Shown here piece after piece: positions 60,005 to 64,000 of a stretch of 64,000 nt of DNA. A program made the position numbers and the translations under genes. The notes below the pieces were generated by a model. The model was given only the letters and a program-made list of their open reading frames with translations, did no database searches and was not told the origin of the DNA. Numbering within the stretch: the first letter of the stretch is position 1; each line of letters opens with the position of its first letter. The DNA comes from Hahellaceae bacterium (GTDB lineage: Bacteria > Pseudomonadota > Gammaproteobacteria > Pseudomonadales > Oleiphilaceae). The stretch covers positions 423,437-487,436 of the forward strand of contig JADJWY010000001.1 of the NCBI GenBank assembly GCA_016716085.1. Reading direction: 5' to 3'.

Positions 60005-60766
60005 TCAGACAGGGTTTTCGAGCTCGACGTAAACTGTCTCTACCTCGAACTCATCCGACAGGCGGGCCGCCAGCGCTTTGACGCCATACCGTTCTGTCGC
60101 ATGGTGCCCGGCGCCAAGGTACACAATATCCTCTTCCAGGGCCGCGTGATAGGTCTGTTCGGATACTTCGCCACTGAGGTACACATCGACCCCCAGAGCC
60201 TTGGCCTGATCGAGATAACCCTGCGCACCGCCCGTGCACCAGGCAATCGTTCGCAAATACCGATCCTCATTACCGGCTATCAACAGTGGCTGACGCTGCA
60301 AGCGTGAACCGACGTATTGCGCAAGGTCGCAGGGTTTCATTGCCGAAGGAAGTTCGCCGTGCCAGAGCAGGCCCGGAACGTCCCCCGCCGTAACCTGCCC
60401 AGTCACCGTAATCCCCAGAACCCCCCCCAGCTGGGCATTGTTCCCCAACTGAGGATGCACATCCAGTGGAAGGTGATAGGCCAGCAGGTTGATGTCGTGA
60501 CGCAGCAGTTTACGCAGACGTGCAGCCTTGCGTCCGACAAGCTCTGGGGCCTCACCTCGCCAGAAATAACCATGGTGAACCAAAATGGCCTGCGCCCCCA
60601 GTTGGATGGCCCGATCAATCAGCGCCTCACTTGCGGTGACGCCGCATACGATACGAGAGATCTCTGGCTGCCCCTCCACCTGCAGTCCATTGGGGCAATA
60701 GTCGCGGAATCGCTGGGGCTCAAGCCAACCATTCAGTGCGGCAAGCAACTGATCACGATGCATCAT
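60005..60766 (-). CDS. Nif3-like dinuclear metal centre protein (YbgI family)
   Basis: Start moved to MMHRDQLLAALNGWL... Motifs ILVHHGYFW and GAGHHATE. Confidence 0.8.
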   Translation of the reverse strand: MMHRDQLLAALNGWLEPQRFRDYCPNGLQVEGQPEISRIVCGVTASEALIDRAIQLGAQAILVHHGYFWRGEAPELVGRKAARLRKLLRHDINLLAYHLPLDVHPQLGNNAQLGGVLGITVTGQVTAGDVPGLLWHGELPSAMKPCDLAQYVGSRLQRQPLLIAGNEDRYLRTIAWCTGGAQGYLDQAKALGVDVYLSGEVSEQTYHAALEEDIVYLGAGHHATERYGVKALAARLSDEFEVETVYVELENPV

Positions 60767-60837
60767 ACCCCAAGGCCTCTCTAACGAACGGGAATAGGCT
60801 ATGGTAGCATGTTTCAAACTTGCTTTTGAGAACCTGC

Positions 60838-61932
60838 ATGAGCCTTCCCAAACGCTACTGGCAATCGGCGCTGGTCGGACTGTTTTTGGCGCTTTCCTTT
60901 CTGGGGCTCCGTCTCCAGGGATGCTTACCCTCACCCTCAGAATGGCGACAGGGGGAGACCTACGAAAAGGTTATCGCACGGTCCCAACCGGCCGTTGTGG
61001 ATGTCATGACACACCCGCGTGAAGTGCGCGAGGACCACCTTAGTCGCAGCCCATTGCTGGACGAGTATCGCGACCAGATTTCAGTCCCCGGAAAACAACC
61101 CGCCCGGCTCGGATCGGGCATCGTGGTCGATAATTCTGGCCATATCCTGACGAATTACCATGTCGTACAGGATGCCGCAGCAATTATCGTTCGGGATTGG
61201 CAGCAGAAAGATCATATGACTGAACTGGTCGGCTTCGATGAGGAGTCTGATCTGGCCGTTCTGCGAGCCTCCCAGCCTTTTCCTCACTGGCTGGAGGCAG
61301 ATCCTGACAGTGCCCGTGTGGGCGATGTGGTTCTGGCGCTCGGCAATCCTTATGGCGTGGGGCAGACAGCCACGCTGGGGATCGTCAGCGGCGTCGGTCG
61401 CAGCAATTTGGGTCTGGCACGGATTGAAAATTTTATTCAAACAGATGCGGCTATCAATCCGGGCAACTCGGGCGGCGCCTTGATCGACACACGAGGCCAA
61501 TTGGTCGGCGTCACGAGCGGCGTCTTTTCCTCGACGGGAACCTACCAAGGCATCAGCTTTGCGATTCCGGCCCAGACCGCCCTGATGATTGCCCAGGAAA
61601 TCATTCAGACGGGTCACGCCAGCCATGGCTACCTGGGCATTGAATTGCGCAACCTGTCCTCGGATGAAAAGGTATTTTTTGGCCCGCTTTCTCAACCGGG
61701 TTTTCTGGTGACGCGCACAAAATCGGGAGGGCCTGCCGAGCAGGCCGGTGTCAGAGCCGGTGATGTGTTATTGGAAATAGCCGGGAAAAATCCCGAAAAC
61801 ATCCATCAGGCTTATGCCCTATCAACGACGCTAAGCCCAGGCACACAGGCCACCCTGACGCTTCTGCGTCGCGGCGCCACTGAGACGGTGGAGGTCACGG
61901 TAGGCGAGAAAACGCCTCGCTCAATCCGTTAA
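60838..61932 (+). CDS. degS: DegS/AlgW-type periplasmic serine endoprotease with one PDZ domain
   Basis: ATG chosen ([20 protein letters not shown]-terminal anchor). Motifs TNYHV, DLAVL and GNSGGAL give the catalytic triad context. C-terminal PDZ. Confidence 0.82.
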   Translation: MSLPKRYWQSALVGLFLALSFLGLRLQGCLPSPSEWRQGETYEKVIARSQPAVVDVMTHPREVREDHLSRSPLLDEYRDQISVPGKQPARLGSGIVVDNSGHILTNYHVVQDAAAIIVRDWQQKDHMTELVGFDEESDLAVLRASQPFPHWLEADPDSARVGDVVLALGNPYGVGQTATLGIVSGVGRSNLGLARIENFIQTDAAINPGNSGGALIDTRGQLVGVTSGVFSSTGTYQGISFAIPAQTALMIAQEIIQTGHASHGYLGIELRNLSSDEKVFFGPLSQPGFLVTRTKSGGPAEQAGVRAGDVLLEIAGKNPENIHQAYALSTTLSPGTQATLTLLRRGATETVEVTVGEKTPRSIR

Positions 61933-63042
61933 CCCAACGCCCTGCTGCAAGGCATGGAGCATTCGCTGGTTCTCTTCCGGCTTACCAACTGTCAGGCGCA
62001 GGCAGTTTTCAAGCAAGGGGTGCGCCCCATGCAGATTTTTAATTAACACACCTGCAGCCTTCATTCGCTGATGCACCCGAGGCGCCGAGAGCCCCCCGGC
62101 CAGGCGGACCAGTATGAAATTCGCCTCACTGGGATAGACGGTACCGATGTCCATCGACACAAGTGCATTGAAAAGGGTTGTTCGCGCCTCTCGAAGTTGC
62201 TGGCACTGAGCGGAAAACACAAGATAGTTTTCCAGAGCCAGCTCAATCGCCAGCTGAGTCATGCAGTTGATATTGTAGGGCATACGCACCTTGTTCAGCT
62301 GCACGATCCAATCCCGATGTCCGAACAACATGCCGAAACGTAGTCCAGCCAGACCGACCTTAGACAAGGTGCGCATCACCAGAACGTTTTCGTACTGCGA
62401 GGCCCAGGCAAGGCAGTCAGAATCCGTGAAAGCCGTGTAGGCCTCATCCAGAATGACCAGCCCCTGTGCCGTTTCAACGATGGCTTTCAGTGCAGCTTCA
62501 TCGAACAAATTGCCGGTGGGATTGTTAGGCTGTGCGAGAAAAATCAGTGCAGGTTGGTGCTGTTCAATGGCCGCCAGGGTAGCATCAAGGTCAATCGAGA
62601 AATCCGATTTGAGTGGAACCCCTACATACTCACTTTGCGTAAAGGTGGCAATCATACGGTACATCACAAACGCAGGCTCAACCGACAGTATCACACGACC
62701 GGGGCCGCCCACTGCCAGGGCCAGAATCTGAATCAGCTCGTCTGAGCCATTGCCAAATAGCATATCCATCGGCGAGTGCACGCCATAGAGCTCCGCCAGG
62801 GACTTGCGCACCCCCGCCGCTTCAGGGTCTGGGTAGCGATTGACGGCCACATCTCCCAGTCCTTCGATCAAGCCACGTCGAACCGCATCCGGCAGTCCAT
62901 AAGGATTCTCCATGGCATCCAGCTTAATCAGGCCCGTCGCATCCGCAACGTGGTAAGCCCCGATCTCCCGAATTGCCGGACGCACCCAGGTTTCGATGCG
63001 TTTAGCCAATCCTGTCCCATCCTTGTTCTCTGTACTGGCCAT
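61921..63042 (-). CDS. hisC: Histidinol-phosphate aminotransferase
   Basis: Class II aminotransferase, with [13 protein letters not shown] carrying the PLP Lys. TAATG overlap with the hisD stop. Confidence 0.85.
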   Translation of the reverse strand: MASTENKDGTGLAKRIETWVRPAIREIGAYHVADATGLIKLDAMENPYGLPDAVRRGLIEGLGDVAVNRYPDPEAAGVRKSLAELYGVHSPMDMLFGNGSDELIQILALAVGGPGRVILSVEPAFVMYRMIATFTQSEYVGVPLKSDFSIDLDATLAAIEQHQPALIFLAQPNNPTGNLFDEAALKAIVETAQGLVILDEAYTAFTDSDCLAWASQYENVLVMRTLSKVGLAGLRFGMLFGHRDWIVQLNKVRMPYNINCMTQLAIELALENYLVFSAQCQQLREARTTLFNALVSMDIGTVYPSEANFILVRLAGGLSAPRVHQRMKAAGVLIKNLHGAHPLLENCLRLTVGKPEENQRMLHALQQGVGLTD

Positions 63043-64000
63043 TAGGGGCGTCCCTTTTCAATTGCAGTTTCATCTATTCGATATTCGGCAGAGCGGGCAT
63101 GGGCTGTGAGCCCCTCGCCACGTGCGAGCACCGATGCAATTTTACCCACGGTCCGAGCCCCGGACTGGGAGAACTGAATAAGTGAACTGCGCTTTTGGAA
63201 GTCGTAAACACCCAGAGGACTTGAAAATCGCGCAGTCCCCGCTGTGGGCAACACGTGATTCGGCCCGGCACAGTAGTCGCCTAACGCTTCTGCGGTATAA
63301 CGCCCCATGAAGATCGCGCCGGCATGACGGATGTCATCCAGCAGCGCTTCAGGATTTTCGACAGACAATTCCAAATGCTCAGGCGCAATACGGTTGATCA
63401 CCCTGATGGCTGACGCCATGTCCGGCACTAGGATCATCAGGCCGCGATTGACCATTGACTCCCGGATAATGTCGGCGCGCTCCATGGTGGGCAGCAGACG
63501 CTCAATGGCCGACTTCACCTCATTCAAATACGTGGCGTCGGTCGACACCAGTATGGACTGAGCATTCTCATCATGCTCAGCCTGGGAAAACAGATCCATC
63601 GCGATCCAGTCAGCGGGCGTGTTCCCATCGCACAGCACACAAATTTCTGATGGCCCGGCAATCATGTCGATTCCGACAACCCCAAAGACCTGACGCTTGG
63701 CGGTGGCCACATAAATATTGCCCGGGCCAACTATTTTATCGACAGACGGAACAGTCTGAGTACCGTAAGCCAGGGCCGCAACCGCCTGAGCCCCCCCAAT
63801 CGTAAAGACCCGGTCTACCCCGGCAATAGCTGCCGCTGCAAGGACCAAAGGATTGGTGAGGCCATCTGGCGTTGGCACGACCATGACGACTTCGCCCACG
63901 CCTGCGACCTTGGCGGGGATTGCGTTCATGAGCACCGAGGAGGGATAGGCCGCCTTACCACCAGGAACATACAAACCTGCCCGATCCAGAGGGGTGACTT
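63042..64000 (-). CDS. hisD: Histidinol dehydrogenase, 3' portion (N-terminus beyond the window end)
   Basis: The frame is open to the window edge. Motifs GPGNIYV, SQAEHDE, APEHLEL and [12 protein letters not shown]. Confidence 0.92.
   Translation of the reverse strand, partial: VTPLDRAGLYVPGGKAAYPSSVLMNAIPAKVAGVGEVVMVVPTPDGLTNPLVLAAAAIAGVDRVFTIGGAQAVAALAYGTQTVPSVDKIVGPGNIYVATAKRQVFGVVGIDMIAGPSEICVLCDGNTPADWIAMDLFSQAEHDENAQSILVSTDATYLNEVKSAIERLLPTMERADIIRESMVNRGLMILVPDMASAIRVINRIAPEHLELSVENPEALLDDIRHAGAIFMGRYTAEALGDYCAGPNHVLPTAGTARFSSPLGVYDFQKRSSLIQFSQSGARTVGKIASVLARGEGLTAHARSAEYRIDETAIEKGRP

Overview
64-kb chromosomal window from a Pseudomonas-like, probably marine, gammaproteobacterium. 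The taxonomy is inferred from gene order only. About 80% of the window is conserved housekeeping synteny. In order: recA (5' part) with an SOS box and pncC; mutS-fdxA; a long minus-strand block rnhB-lpxB-lpxA-fabZ-lpxD-skp-bamA-rseP-dxr-cdsA-uppS-frr-pyrH-tsf-rpsB; map-glnD-dapC-dapD-dapE; pilA divergent from pilB-pilC-pilD-coaE-yacG; a HIT protein and trmO; a PilZ protein plus a divergent hybrid sensor; three envelope proteins of unknown function; an acyltransferase; a DUF1329/DUF1302 pair; a thiolase; zapE, yhcB, a nif3-like gene, a degS-like gene, hisC and hisD (3' part). I saw no rRNA, tRNA, CRISPR array, transposase or integrase. The one clearly accessory segment is 27.1-38.7 kb. It is visibly AT-richer and sits between dapE/csp and pilA. 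It has two parts. The first is a tightly coupled seven-gene plus-strand tailoring operon: three SAM methyltransferases, a GT4, an AsnB-type amidotransferase, a radical-SAM/SPASM enzyme and a hexapeptide acyltransferase. The second is a convergent minus-strand trio that begins 80 nt after the pilA stop: a TPR-bearing polytopic GT-C-like protein with a first-loop VFDD motif (TMTC-like architecture), a GtrB/ArnC/DPM1-like GT2, and a UPF0104/MprF-flippase-like membrane protein. The pilin ends in Cys-Arg-Pro-Ser, a C-terminal Ser just after the disulfide loop. My main hypothesis is that this trio is a three-component periplasmic O-glycosylation system aimed at the type IV pilin. It would use a different enzyme family from the known TfpO/PglL (Wzy_C) route, and a GT-C enzyme with a TPR domain rather than the known TfpW. 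All functional calls rest on motifs I could read in the translations, plus synteny. No database search was possible.
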